Sequence record: MW250785
Reading direction: 5' to 3' (one strand)
Length of the DNA: 64,000 nucleotides
From: Escherichia phage UPEC03
Shown in pieces: positions 55,513 to 64,000 of this stretch. Under the pieces are notes generated by a model, which searched no databases, was not told the origin of the DNA, and saw only the letters and a program-made list of their open reading frames with translations. Every line of letters starts with the position of its first letter. The stretch's first letter is position 1. Position numbers and translations under genes: made by a program.

Positions 55513-57326
55513 AACAAGAAATTATTATTGGTAACGTGGTTGATGACGGCGCTGGCGATTACTTACGCCGTGGTGGTCAAAAGACAAACGCGAACTTTAC
55601 CGAACTTTACAACAAGCTGGGTGATGGGGAAATCCCTCACCCAGCGGGTGCATGGAAAACGCATTCAGCCCCTACGCTATCCCCTATTTTCGGTGATTCG
55701 TGGGCGCTGAATACAAGTAACAACCGTATTACTGTAAACCTCCCTAAAGGCGGCGTAAGCGATTATAACAAGGTTATTCGTCTACGTGACGTATGGAGTA
55801 AATGGGCTACCAACAACGTGCGTCTGATTCCTGCAAGCGGAGACACCATTAAAGGTTCCCCGACTTACAAAGAATTGTACAAAGATTTCATGGATGTTGA
55901 ATTGGTTTATTGTTCTCCTGGTCGCTGGGAATATGTCGAAAACAAACAGATCGACAAAATCACTACTTCGGATCTTGCAACCGTATCAAAAGAAACGTAT
56001 ATCGCTACACAGGGACAGACAGACTTTCCTAACGTATTTGGCCCTAATAACTCGTATAACGTCCGTGCTTTGGAAGTTTACTATCGCGGTAACTTGCTGT
56101 ACATCGACGACAAAAACGGCTTTGTAGAGGCAAACAGTGATTACGGTTCGCCTGGTGCTAGCGCCGGACAACTGGTAGATCTGGATGGGGTGAATATTCG
56201 CCTCAAACGTCCGTGTAACGCTGGTGACACGCTTCAATTCGTTACCTATCTGGATGGTATTGCCGCATGGCGTTCGACGTATGAGGCGCATACTATGCGC
56301 GTATACAACACAGGCGACACCGAACAGGTTAGTGTTCCTGGCGAAATCTGGGTTGGTGACTTGTCAACCAAACGCGAATTCACCAATGCCGAGTTCGGGA
56401 TCAGTCCTCGTATTCTGGTAAACCCTAACTCGTTTGAACTGCTGCTTAACGGTCGTCAACTGGTTAAAGCTGGTGATGCGGATCTCCCGACCTTTACGTG
56501 CGAAGGGGCACAAGGTTACGATGAATCAAGCTGTTTGGCTAACTCCGGTGCGTGGGTTCCCTCTGGACAGGACTACAGCCTAATTTTCGTTGATTCTATT
56601 GTAACTGGTATCAAATTCGCTCAACCTCTGGAAACTCGCGATGTCGTAACAATTCGTTGGTTCAACAATGATATCGGTACGGTGATGGAATGGGACGGTG
56701 TAGGCGGTATTAAAGAACATACTGATAAGATTTATCTGAACAACGAAGAAGAAGTTGTTCTGGTGAATCAGATTGAATATACCGATTACAACAACCCGAC
56801 ACAGAAAACCGCTCGAAAAGTAGCCGATACCTTTACTGGTCGTCTGCTGGATCTGCAAGCGTTCTTTGATGTGATTCACCCGATTGGGACAATCTACGAA
56901 AACGCACACAACGACGCGAACCCAGGCGATTATATGGGCTTTGGTATCTGGACACGTTATGCCGAAGGAATGTTCCTTGCTGGCTGGACTACCGATGAAG
57001 CCGATAGTGATTTTGGTCTGAATAATAACGATCTGGATGGTTCCGGTCAACCAACTCATACTTCTGGTGGCACTGGTGGCGAACGTGGTTACGAAATCAA
57101 ACCGATCAACGTTCCTCAAATTCAGTCAACCGATAAGGTTCTGATTAAAGACGCGAACGGGATCATTATTATCGGGGGCTGTCAGGTTGATCCTGATGCG
57201 AAGGGGCCAGGTTACACTAAATACCGCGAGGATGTAATTAAAGTAAATCAGGGTAACACTACCCCCGATAAACTTAGAACGCTCCCGCCATATATTACTG
57301 TTCATCGCTGGATAAGGGTAGCATAA
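55509..57326 (+). CDS. 10: Baseplate wedge / short tail fibre attachment protein gp10
   Basis: MKQEIIIGNVVDDGAGDYLRRGG...ELVYCSPGRWEYVENKQIDKIT...YITVHRWIRVA closely parallels T4 gp10; 605 aa. Confidence 0.9.
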   Translation: MKQEIIIGNVVDDGAGDYLRRGGQKTNANFTELYNKLGDGEIPHPAGAWKTHSAPTLSPIFGDSWALNTSNNRITVNLPKGGVSDYNKVIRLRDVWSKWATNNVRLIPASGDTIKGSPTYKELYKDFMDVELVYCSPGRWEYVENKQIDKITTSDLATVSKETYIATQGQTDFPNVFGPNNSYNVRALEVYYRGNLLYIDDKNGFVEANSDYGSPGASAGQLVDLDGVNIRLKRPCNAGDTLQFVTYLDGIAAWRSTYEAHTMRVYNTGDTEQVSVPGEIWVGDLSTKREFTNAEFGISPRILVNPNSFELLLNGRQLVKAGDADLPTFTCEGAQGYDESSCLANSGAWVPSGQDYSLIFVDSIVTGIKFAQPLETRDVVTIRWFNNDIGTVMEWDGVGGIKEHTDKIYLNNEEEVVLVNQIEYTDYNNPTQKTARKVADTFTGRLLDLQAFFDVIHPIGTIYENAHNDANPGDYMGFGIWTRYAEGMFLAGWTTDEADSDFGLNNNDLDGSGQPTHTSGGTGGERGYEIKPINVPQIQSTDKVLIKDANGIIIIGGCQVDPDAKGPGYTKYREDVIKVNQGNTTPDKLRTLPPYITVHRWIRVA

Positions 57327-57991
57327 TGAAACAACAATTTATTTCCAAAACAAGGGAGGGGGCGAAAGTCCCTTCCCGCGAAGCAGATTTTTTACAATAT
57401 GAAATGGGTACGAAAGACCCTTTGATTGGTGGTAAACGTACTATCGGCGGCGCTAACGTCGATCAGCTTCGCAAAGGGGTTGATTATCCTAACGTACAAT
57501 CAGCAATCGACGATCTATATTCTTTATCTCAGCAGATCCCGATTAACGGGGTGATTATGATGACCGAAGATAGTCCGCCGTCTGCTGTTCAGCAAGTAGA
57601 AACAATTAAGTTTGGCGGTGCGGTATTAAACCCAGACCCGGATCAGACAAAAGCAACTATTCACGTATACGGATTCCCATTTGTATTCGATAATACAACT
57701 AACGCATCAAGTGTGTGTGAAGAAGTATATAACACCTTTAACGATTTTGTTACCCATGAAAAATATTTCGATTTGGTGACTCGTAAAGGGCTTAACGGGG
57801 AAATGCTGGAAGTTCGTTTTATTGATGCAGTTCCGCATCCGGTAACTAATAAAACAGAAAACGGTATTTCTATGGTCGGTACGATCGACGTTCAGGCTAA
57901 ATCTGGTTATGGCACATGGTCGAAATTGGGTGAAGTTGATTTGGCAGTCACACCAACAATTCCGATCTACTATTTCCAGCGTATTGCATAA
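57326..57991 (+). CDS. 11: Baseplate wedge subunit gp11
   Basis: 221 aa (T4 gp11 is of similar size); position between gp10 and gp12. Confidence 0.65.
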   Translation: MKQQFISKTREGAKVPSREADFLQYEMGTKDPLIGGKRTIGGANVDQLRKGVDYPNVQSAIDDLYSLSQQIPINGVIMMTEDSPPSAVQQVETIKFGGAVLNPDPDQTKATIHVYGFPFVFDNTTNASSVCEEVYNTFNDFVTHEKYFDLVTRKGLNGEMLEVRFIDAVPHPVTNKTENGISMVGTIDVQAKSGYGTWSKLGEVDLAVTPTIPIYYFQRIA

Positions 57992-58000
57992 GGATAACAA

Positions 58001-59392
58001 ATGAGTAACAACACAATTAACCACGTAAGCGATGCGTCCGTTTACGTGACTTTTGATCCTACGGGTACGCAATGGCCTAGCACGTATAAAAACGTCCAAC
58101 AGGCTCTTTCTGTTATCGGTAGTTGGGCGCGTACTGATGTTGGCTTGCCTGTTGCTGCTCCTGGCTTCCGTGGTATAGCCGCTATCGCGACACAGGCGCA
58201 AATTGACGCTGGTACTGATAACACAACGATTGTTACCCCTGCATTGCTGCAATATCGTTTACAGAACCCTCATGCGTCACAAATCGTATGGGGGTACACT
58301 CGCTATGCAACTGATGCTGAATCGGTAACTGTTTCGAACGATCTGGTAACTATTACCCCTCGTTCGTTGAATTACGTGTTCAATAACAGAAAATCAACAG
58401 AAACCGTGTGGGGTTCTGCTAAACTGTCAACTACTGCTCAGGCAACGTCCGGCACTGATGACACAACCGCAATGACTCCGCTTAAAGTTAAACAGGCGAT
58501 CTCTGCTCTGGTTCCGGTACAATCCAACGCAACAGAAAGTTCGTTTGGTTTGGTTCAGTTGGCTACCGTCGCAGAAGTCCGCGCAGGTACAATCCGTGAT
58601 GGATTTGCGATTTCACCATACACGTTTATTCGTCTGACTGCAAGCGAAAGCGATTTAGGTTTACTCCGCATCGCTACCCAGGCAGAAGTAAACGCGGGTA
58701 CTGATAATACCAAAGTGATCACCCCGCAAAAACTTGCGGCTGTTAAGGGTTCCGGCTCTGCTTTCGGTATGGTTAAATTATCAACAGAAATCAATACTGG
58801 ATTAGCAAACACCGCGTTATCTGCTGGTGCAAACGTTGTTCCGAGTAACCGAAACAGTGCGATCACTGGCGGTGCATTGTATCAGGGTTCAATTACTGCT
58901 GACAATAAATACCAGACAAAGACTGATGTTGACGCAAATATCCCGATCGGATGCATGATGCTTGCTGCATTCAACTCCGATGCAGGAAACCTGTTTATCT
59001 GTAACGGTCGCTCATTAAGCACGACAACTTACGCAGATCTGTTTGCCCGTATCGGGTACACGTATGGTGGTTCAGGCGGTACTTTCAACCTCCCAGATAT
59101 GCGCGGTGTTGCTGCTCGCGGATTTGATGCTGGACGTGGTTTAGACCCAGGTCGCGGGTTTGGTACTTACCAGGAAGATATGTATGAATCTCACGGACAT
59201 GATCTGGAATTGATTTATAACAATGGTGGTAACATTCCAAGAAGTCAAGCGATTTACGAACTGAAAGGCGCAGAAAAGAATGACCAACGAGTTATTCATT
59301 TCGACAACCGCTATACCCGTGCGCTTCCTAATGGCGGCACAGAAACACGAATGAAAAACGTTGCGGTCAACTATGTAATTCGAGTACGATAA
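58001..59392 (+). CDS. 12: Short tail fibre protein gp12
   Basis: 463 aa; repetitive A/T/G-rich shaft; C-terminal NLPDMRGVAARG and HGH motif as in the gp12 receptor-binding domain. Confidence 0.7.
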   Translation: MSNNTINHVSDASVYVTFDPTGTQWPSTYKNVQQALSVIGSWARTDVGLPVAAPGFRGIAAIATQAQIDAGTDNTTIVTPALLQYRLQNPHASQIVWGYTRYATDAESVTVSNDLVTITPRSLNYVFNNRKSTETVWGSAKLSTTAQATSGTDDTTAMTPLKVKQAISALVPVQSNATESSFGLVQLATVAEVRAGTIRDGFAISPYTFIRLTASESDLGLLRIATQAEVNAGTDNTKVITPQKLAAVKGSGSAFGMVKLSTEINTGLANTALSAGANVVPSNRNSAITGGALYQGSITADNKYQTKTDVDANIPIGCMMLAAFNSDAGNLFICNGRSLSTTTYADLFARIGYTYGGSGGTFNLPDMRGVAARGFDAGRGLDPGRGFGTYQEDMYESHGHDLELIYNNGGNIPRSQAIYELKGAEKNDQRVIHFDNRYTRALPNGGTETRMKNVAVNYVIRVR

Positions 59393-59403
59393 AGGGGTTA
59401 TCC

Positions 59404-61434
59404 ATGATTTCAAAACTTAACCCGTTACCTAAGATCCCGTTTGTTGATGGAGTCCCTACGGACTCCACGCAAACAAAGATCCAATGGATTATTAACGGCG
59501 AAACTCTCAATGGTGCAAACACCAAAACCACTAATGAGGGTTCATTAAACAGAAGCGGTGTTATGGTTCAACAGAACGCCGTGCAACTGGAACAAAACAC
59601 AACTACACAGACATCGAAGATCAACGAAGTCATTGATCAGGTTAACCTCATTAGTGAAAACCTTGCCGCAATCTCTGATGAAAGTGTAATTGAAAAACTG
59701 GATCAGGTTGTTTCTGATGTAGCAGTTCTTAAAGTCGATATGACTGGTGTTCAGAGTACCTTAGCAGGTCAAGTGCTCAAAGTACAGGACATTGAAAAAG
59801 AAATTGGTGTATGGGATTCGACAACCGATCCTAAACACCGCACGATCCGTAAAGATATCATTTTCCTGAAAGGTGAAATGGGCGCGTATCCGGGCTTTAA
59901 CGAAAACGGTGATGTAGATCCTTCGTCTACTGGCTCCGGCATGAAATACAAAATCATGACGAACGCACAGGCTATTTCTATTCACGAAGGGCGTATTACC
60001 CGCCTCGAAGATGATTGGGCTAACTCAGACGTAGGACATCTAACCGATGAAGTGACCGATCTGCGTAACGAAATGGGGCCGAAACATTTGGCAACCTTCG
60101 AATCCGTATACGTGCGCTTAAATGGCATTGGGACGCGTTTAACTGGTATCGATAACGAACTGACAAGCATCAACCAGTATATCGGTCGTAGCGGTTCTGG
60201 TGGCACTGGTAGCATCGTTAACCGTATGAGTGTAGCAGAACAGAACATCGTTACTCTACAAACTCAGGTAAACGATCCTGTTGTTGGTGTTCTTCCTCGC
60301 GTGATCCTGCTCGAAAGTTCTGTTGGTAACTCTCAGGTTCCTGGCAGTATCCGTTATGATATCAGTACCATGAAGCGTGACATTGGCGATCTTAGTATGA
60401 TTGTTGGTGAATCAAGCGACGATGGACTGCGCGGAGAAATGGCGCAGGTATTGACGGATATCGGTACTGACGTACAGCCAACGAGCATAAAAGGCCGTAT
60501 TCTGAACCTGGAAAACACCCAGCGTGACGATCATCAATCACTCGTTGATGTTACTGCAATTGTTGGTAATACATCGTCTGGTCTGGTAGCTGCTAATATC
60601 GCGATGGGTAAAGCCGTCTACGGTGATGCAGCAAGTTCCGATCCGTTCCTGAAAGACGGTATTCAGAAAACTGCTCGCGATAGTAAAGCTGCAATCGGCG
60701 TGAACACTACTGGTTCTGAAACTGGTTTGTATAAACTGATTTCCGATCTGACTGCTCGCGTTGCTGCTCTTGAAGGTGGTTCTGGTGGTGATCTCGCGGC
60801 CCGTGTTACCGATCTGGAAAACAACAAAGCATCACATGATGACGTTGCGGCGGCTCTGGTTCCATATATCACAGAAGTTGAAGCAGACGCGAAATATGTT
60901 GCAAAAACTGTTCCTCTGGTGTTCGATCAGAACATTTCTGGAAACAGTAATTACACCGAAGGAAACACAATTTCGTTCAGCGTAGTTGTTTCAGGTGGCG
61001 CTACCCCTTACACTTACCAGTGGAAGAAAGATAACGTCAACGTAGGAACTGATAGCGCAACATTCTCTAAAGCTGGGGCAACCTCTGCTGATGATGGTGT
61101 GTACAAAGTTGTCGTGACTGACGCGGAAAATACTGTAATTACTTCCAACGAAGTGACTGTTACCGTTTATCCGGCGCTGACACTAAGCACTGATATTGCT
61201 GACGTTACTGTAACTACTGGTGATCCATTAACGCTTCATGTTGTGGCAACTGGTGGTAAAGCTCCATACGCGTATCAGTGGAATAAAGACGGTTCTGATT
61301 TGACTGGTGAAACTACAGATACTCTGACAGTAGCAACGGCGGCAAGCGAAAACGCTGGCGTGTACTTTGTTTCTGTTCTGGATGACCTGGGTAATTCCAT
61401 CGAATCAACTCACGCAACCGTTACGGTTCAATAA
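59404..61434 (+). CDS. wac: Fibritin (wac, neck whiskers) with two C-terminal Ig-like domains
   Basis: N-terminus LPKIPFVDGVPTDSTQTKIQWIINGETLNGANT parallels T4 fibritin; long coiled-coil; C-terminal tandem repeats GGATPYTYQWKKDNVNV / GGKAPYAYQWNKDGSDL. Confidence 0.75.
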   Translation: MISKLNPLPKIPFVDGVPTDSTQTKIQWIINGETLNGANTKTTNEGSLNRSGVMVQQNAVQLEQNTTTQTSKINEVIDQVNLISENLAAISDESVIEKLDQVVSDVAVLKVDMTGVQSTLAGQVLKVQDIEKEIGVWDSTTDPKHRTIRKDIIFLKGEMGAYPGFNENGDVDPSSTGSGMKYKIMTNAQAISIHEGRITRLEDDWANSDVGHLTDEVTDLRNEMGPKHLATFESVYVRLNGIGTRLTGIDNELTSINQYIGRSGSGGTGSIVNRMSVAEQNIVTLQTQVNDPVVGVLPRVILLESSVGNSQVPGSIRYDISTMKRDIGDLSMIVGESSDDGLRGEMAQVLTDIGTDVQPTSIKGRILNLENTQRDDHQSLVDVTAIVGNTSSGLVAANIAMGKAVYGDAASSDPFLKDGIQKTARDSKAAIGVNTTGSETGLYKLISDLTARVAALEGGSGGDLAARVTDLENNKASHDDVAAALVPYITEVEADAKYVAKTVPLVFDQNISGNSNYTEGNTISFSVVVSGGATPYTYQWKKDNVNVGTDSATFSKAGATSADDGVYKVVVTDAENTVITSNEVTVTVYPALTLSTDIADVTVTTGDPLTLHVVATGGKAPYAYQWNKDGSDLTGETTDTLTVATAASENAGVYFVSVLDDLGNSIESTHATVTVQ

Positions 61435-61439
61435 TTAAT

Positions 61440-61459
61440 AAGGGGCGAAAGCCCCTTTT
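61440..61459 (+). terminator. GC-rich GAAA-loop hairpin with T-run, followed by SD (repeat of element at 3187-3206)
   Basis: AAGGGGC-GAAA-GCCCCTTTTGAGG identical to 3187-3210. Confidence 0.4.
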
Positions 61460-61468
61460 GAGGATCAT

Positions 61469-62392
61469 ATGATTACTAACAACCCTGAACAACTGAAAGA
61501 TGAAATTCTTCGTCGTCTGGGCGCACCAATCATCAAAATCGAAATCACACAAGACCAGATTTATGACTGTATTCAACGTGCTCTCGATTTATACGCAGAA
61601 TATCATTACAACGGTACGAACAAAAGTTATATTATTCTGACACTGGGCGAAGATAACCCACGTAACGTTTTCGATTTGAGCAAAGAGCATATTTTCGCGA
61701 TCACAAAAGTATTGCGTACAAACATGGGTTCACTGACCACGATGGACGGTACAGCGGTTTATCCGTGGTTTACCGATTTCCTGATGGGGCTTACTGGTGG
61801 TTCTCTGGGCGGTCGCTGTGCATCAAGCGTGTACGGTATGAACGCATACGGGGCTGATATGGGTTACTTTACCCAGATGATGTCTTATCAGCGCTCAATG
61901 CAAGATCTGCTGGCTCCGCTGCCTGATTACTGGTTCAACGATGATACTGGTCAGTTCTGCGCGTGGGGGCAGGTGAACAACGGCGATATTCTTGTTCTCG
62001 AAGCGATGGTTCGTTCCTTCGTTGATGTTCCTAGCTCCGTAGGAAGCATCGCAGGATACGCTACGGCGGGTTCTAACGCAGTGGAAGACCAATCCATAGC
62101 CGACATCTACGATAACCCTTACAACAGCGTTGTGGGCGGTGTACGCGCGGGACAGGGTTCAACTGTTACGGGCGGAACGTCCGCATATAACAACCGCTGG
62201 GTAAAAGACTACTCTACAGCGCTGGTGAAAGAGATCAACGGACAAATTCTGGCTAAATTCCAGGGGATGCAATTGCCTGGCGGTGTTTCTCCAGATGGTA
62301 CGCGATTAATTCAGGAAGCAGAAACCAAACTGCAAAGTCTGCGCGATGAACTGATTTCGATGTCTGACGCAGTACCGATCATTATGGTGTAG
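61469..62392 (+). CDS. 13: Neck protein gp13
   Basis: 307 aa (T4 gp13 is of similar size); follows wac. Confidence 0.6.
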   Translation: MITNNPEQLKDEILRRLGAPIIKIEITQDQIYDCIQRALDLYAEYHYNGTNKSYIILTLGEDNPRNVFDLSKEHIFAITKVLRTNMGSLTTMDGTAVYPWFTDFLMGLTGGSLGGRCASSVYGMNAYGADMGYFTQMMSYQRSMQDLLAPLPDYWFNDDTGQFCAWGQVNNGDILVLEAMVRSFVDVPSSVGSIAGYATAGSNAVEDQSIADIYDNPYNSVVGGVRAGQGSTVTGGTSAYNNRWVKDYSTALVKEINGQILAKFQGMQLPGGVSPDGTRLIQEAETKLQSLRDELISMSDAVPIIMV

Positions 62393-62400
62393 GGGGAATA

Positions 62401-63147
62401 ATGCAAAACTGGGATGAAAGTTTATTCGCTCAGTTGTCTACGGGGGAAGGGGTTGATCGCAACTTAAAGGATCAGGTCACTAACCCGTATGTAAACTGGT
62501 ACAAATACAACCCGACACAACAGCTACACGATTCACTGACAGCAGAATCAATCCAGATGAAATCGCCTGATATGTATTACGTCCGGCGCGACTTCGTGAA
62601 TATTGATAAGATCCTGGGCGAAGACCGAGAATCCAAATTTACGAAGTCATGGAAAATTGCTGCATATATTGAATCGTATGCCAACTATGAAGGACAACGA
62701 GATTTCTTTAGTAAATTTGGTCTGAGTTCAAACGATGAAATGACGCTGGTAATTAACCCTCGTTTGTTCGCACATCAAACTGATGGTGGTATTCCTGTTC
62801 TGGGGGATCTGGTTTATTTCCCTATGGACAATAGCCTGTTTGAAATTACGTGGGTAGAAGCCGATCCGTTCTATCAGTTCGGTGATCGTCCTCAACGCAA
62901 AATCAACCTTGCGAAATTCATCTACACAGGTGAAGAACTGGCTCCTGAATTGCAGCGAAATGAAGGAATCCACATTGAACCTGATGCAGAACTGGATCTC
63001 GAACCGATTCGAAATCTTGACGGGCTGGCTGATATTAACATTGAACAGTACGAAGAAGACAAAGAATTTGAAAGAGAAGGTGATGAATTCATCGAATCTT
63101 TTGATGTTGTCAACGGACGCGGTTCACCGTTTGCAAGTCTGCCATAA
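62401..63147 (+). CDS. 14: Neck protein gp14
   Basis: 248 aa (T4 gp14 about 256 aa); follows gp13. Confidence 0.6.
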   Translation: MQNWDESLFAQLSTGEGVDRNLKDQVTNPYVNWYKYNPTQQLHDSLTAESIQMKSPDMYYVRRDFVNIDKILGEDRESKFTKSWKIAAYIESYANYEGQRDFFSKFGLSSNDEMTLVINPRLFAHQTDGGIPVLGDLVYFPMDNSLFEITWVEADPFYQFGDRPQRKINLAKFIYTGEELAPELQRNEGIHIEPDAELDLEPIRNLDGLADINIEQYEEDKEFEREGDEFIESFDVVNGRGSPFASLP

Positions 63148-63150
63148 ATA
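63144..63150 (+). promoter_or_regulatory. Candidate late promoter (ATAAATA)
   Basis: cATAAATAcg overlapping the gp14 stop, upstream of ORF 63157-63930. Confidence 0.3.
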
Positions 63151-63156
63151 CGTTAT

Positions 63157-63930
63157 ATGGGTATAGGCGGAAGTCTATACCCTCTTCGAAGAGGATTTTA
63201 TGATATGGTTGCAAAAATCTCTATAGAACAAAGAGAACATCAATTAAAAGAACGTTGTGCGGAATTAGAACTATCTTTTGATGGATGGGTAGACCAATCA
63301 GCGATCACAAAATATTCAAAGTTTTATGTTGTTTGCAGTAAAGGACATAGAACAGAAAAACAGATCAAACCATTTGTCAACAAAAGTCGTCCAAACGGAT
63401 GTTATTTGTGTTCCCCTAAGATGAAAATATCAAAGGAAAACAGAATCAAGGAAATCAAAACTCTTACAGATTCAATTGGATATACATTCATAGATTTCGT
63501 TGGGGTGTATAAAGATGCACACACAAAAATATCAATGGTTTGCGATAAAGGCCATAATTGGGATGTAAGTATAGTTGCTTTTCTCAATCAAGGTCATCGC
63601 TGTAAAAAATGCGCAACGTCTGGGTTCAATCCGAACAAACCAGCATACGTATACGTACAATCACTATCTGGAAAATTTCTGAAATTTGGGATAACCAACA
63701 GAACACCAAAGAAAAGAATGTGTGCGCAATCAAATAAATCCGTTTATAAACACGAACTGGTTTATCAAAAATTATTCGATAAAGGTATTGATGCAATGAG
63801 TATTGAACAGAAGATCAAACAATCTCTTATTTGTGGCGTAGTTGATAAATCAGATATGATGGATGGATATACAGAAACAACAGATATATCCAATTACGAT
63901 AAACTGTTGAATATTATAGAAGGAGTATAA
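63157..63930 (+). CDS. AT-rich zinc-finger protein, possible homing endonuclease (GIY-YIG-like motif in C-terminal half)
   Basis: CSKGH...CYLCS and CDKGHNW...CKKCATSG pairs; KPAYVYVQSLSGKFLKFGITNRTPKKR resembles GIY...YIG...R; codon usage unlike flanking neck genes; start may be internal ATG at 63205. Confidence 0.4.
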   Translation: MGIGGSLYPLRRGFYDMVAKISIEQREHQLKERCAELELSFDGWVDQSAITKYSKFYVVCSKGHRTEKQIKPFVNKSRPNGCYLCSPKMKISKENRIKEIKTLTDSIGYTFIDFVGVYKDAHTKISMVCDKGHNWDVSIVAFLNQGHRCKKCATSGFNPNKPAYVYVQSLSGKFLKFGITNRTPKKRMCAQSNKSVYKHELVYQKLFDKGIDAMSIEQKIKQSLICGVVDKSDMMDGYTETTDISNYDKLLNIIEGV

Positions 63931-64000
63931 AATTGTTTGGATACTGGTATAATAGTTCGCTGCGTAACTACATTGTTCTTATGGGACAATTGTTTAACCA

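Noticed and set aside
1-64000. tRNA or other structured RNA genes
   Set aside because: No intergenic gap longer than about 250 nt exists, and the largest (41000-41255) is AT-rich with inverted repeats rather than a cloverleaf; none called

Overview
This window reads as a contiguous piece of a T4-like (Tevenvirinae-type) myovirus genome, annotated from the sequence and the ORF track alone with no database search. Two plus-strand late virion blocks flank a ~36 kb minus-strand block: a partial gp29-like gene, then 48, 54, 51-like, 26-like and 25 at 1-4903, and 53, 5, a 696-aa unknown, 6, 7, 8, 9, 10, 11, 12, wac, 13 and 14 at 44137-63147. The minus-strand block (4929-40999) holds about 80 tightly packed, often translationally coupled early/accessory genes. 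Recognisable products include thymidine kinase, dNMP kinase (gp1), an NMNAT-Nudix fusion (NatV-like), a Nudix hydrolase, PIN-PhoH, a Dcm-type C5-cytosine methyltransferase, four HNH homing-endonuclease-like genes, an SPFH/prohibitin protein, an M15 endolysin, a lytic transglycosylase, a DUF262 protein and a 748-aa vWA protein. No rRNA, tRNA or CRISPR array was seen. The most interesting content is a scatter of candidate anti-defence genes rather than one compact system: a TARG1/DarG-like macrodomain, an Acb1-like 2H phosphoesterase, NatV, and an uncharacterised Pol-beta-type nucleotidyltransferase wedged between an HNH gene and the Dcm methyltransferase. Also notable are a vWA cassette flanked by two paralogs sharing a conserved 17-aa N-terminus, a radical-SAM-like Cys-rich protein, six copies of a terminator-promoter-leader module, and a 696-aa membrane-helix protein between gp5 and gp6. 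Many ORF-track starts are TTG/GTG; starts were moved to the nearest ATG with a Shine-Dalgarno where the sequence supports it, and coordinates of small motifs are accurate to about 1-2 nt.
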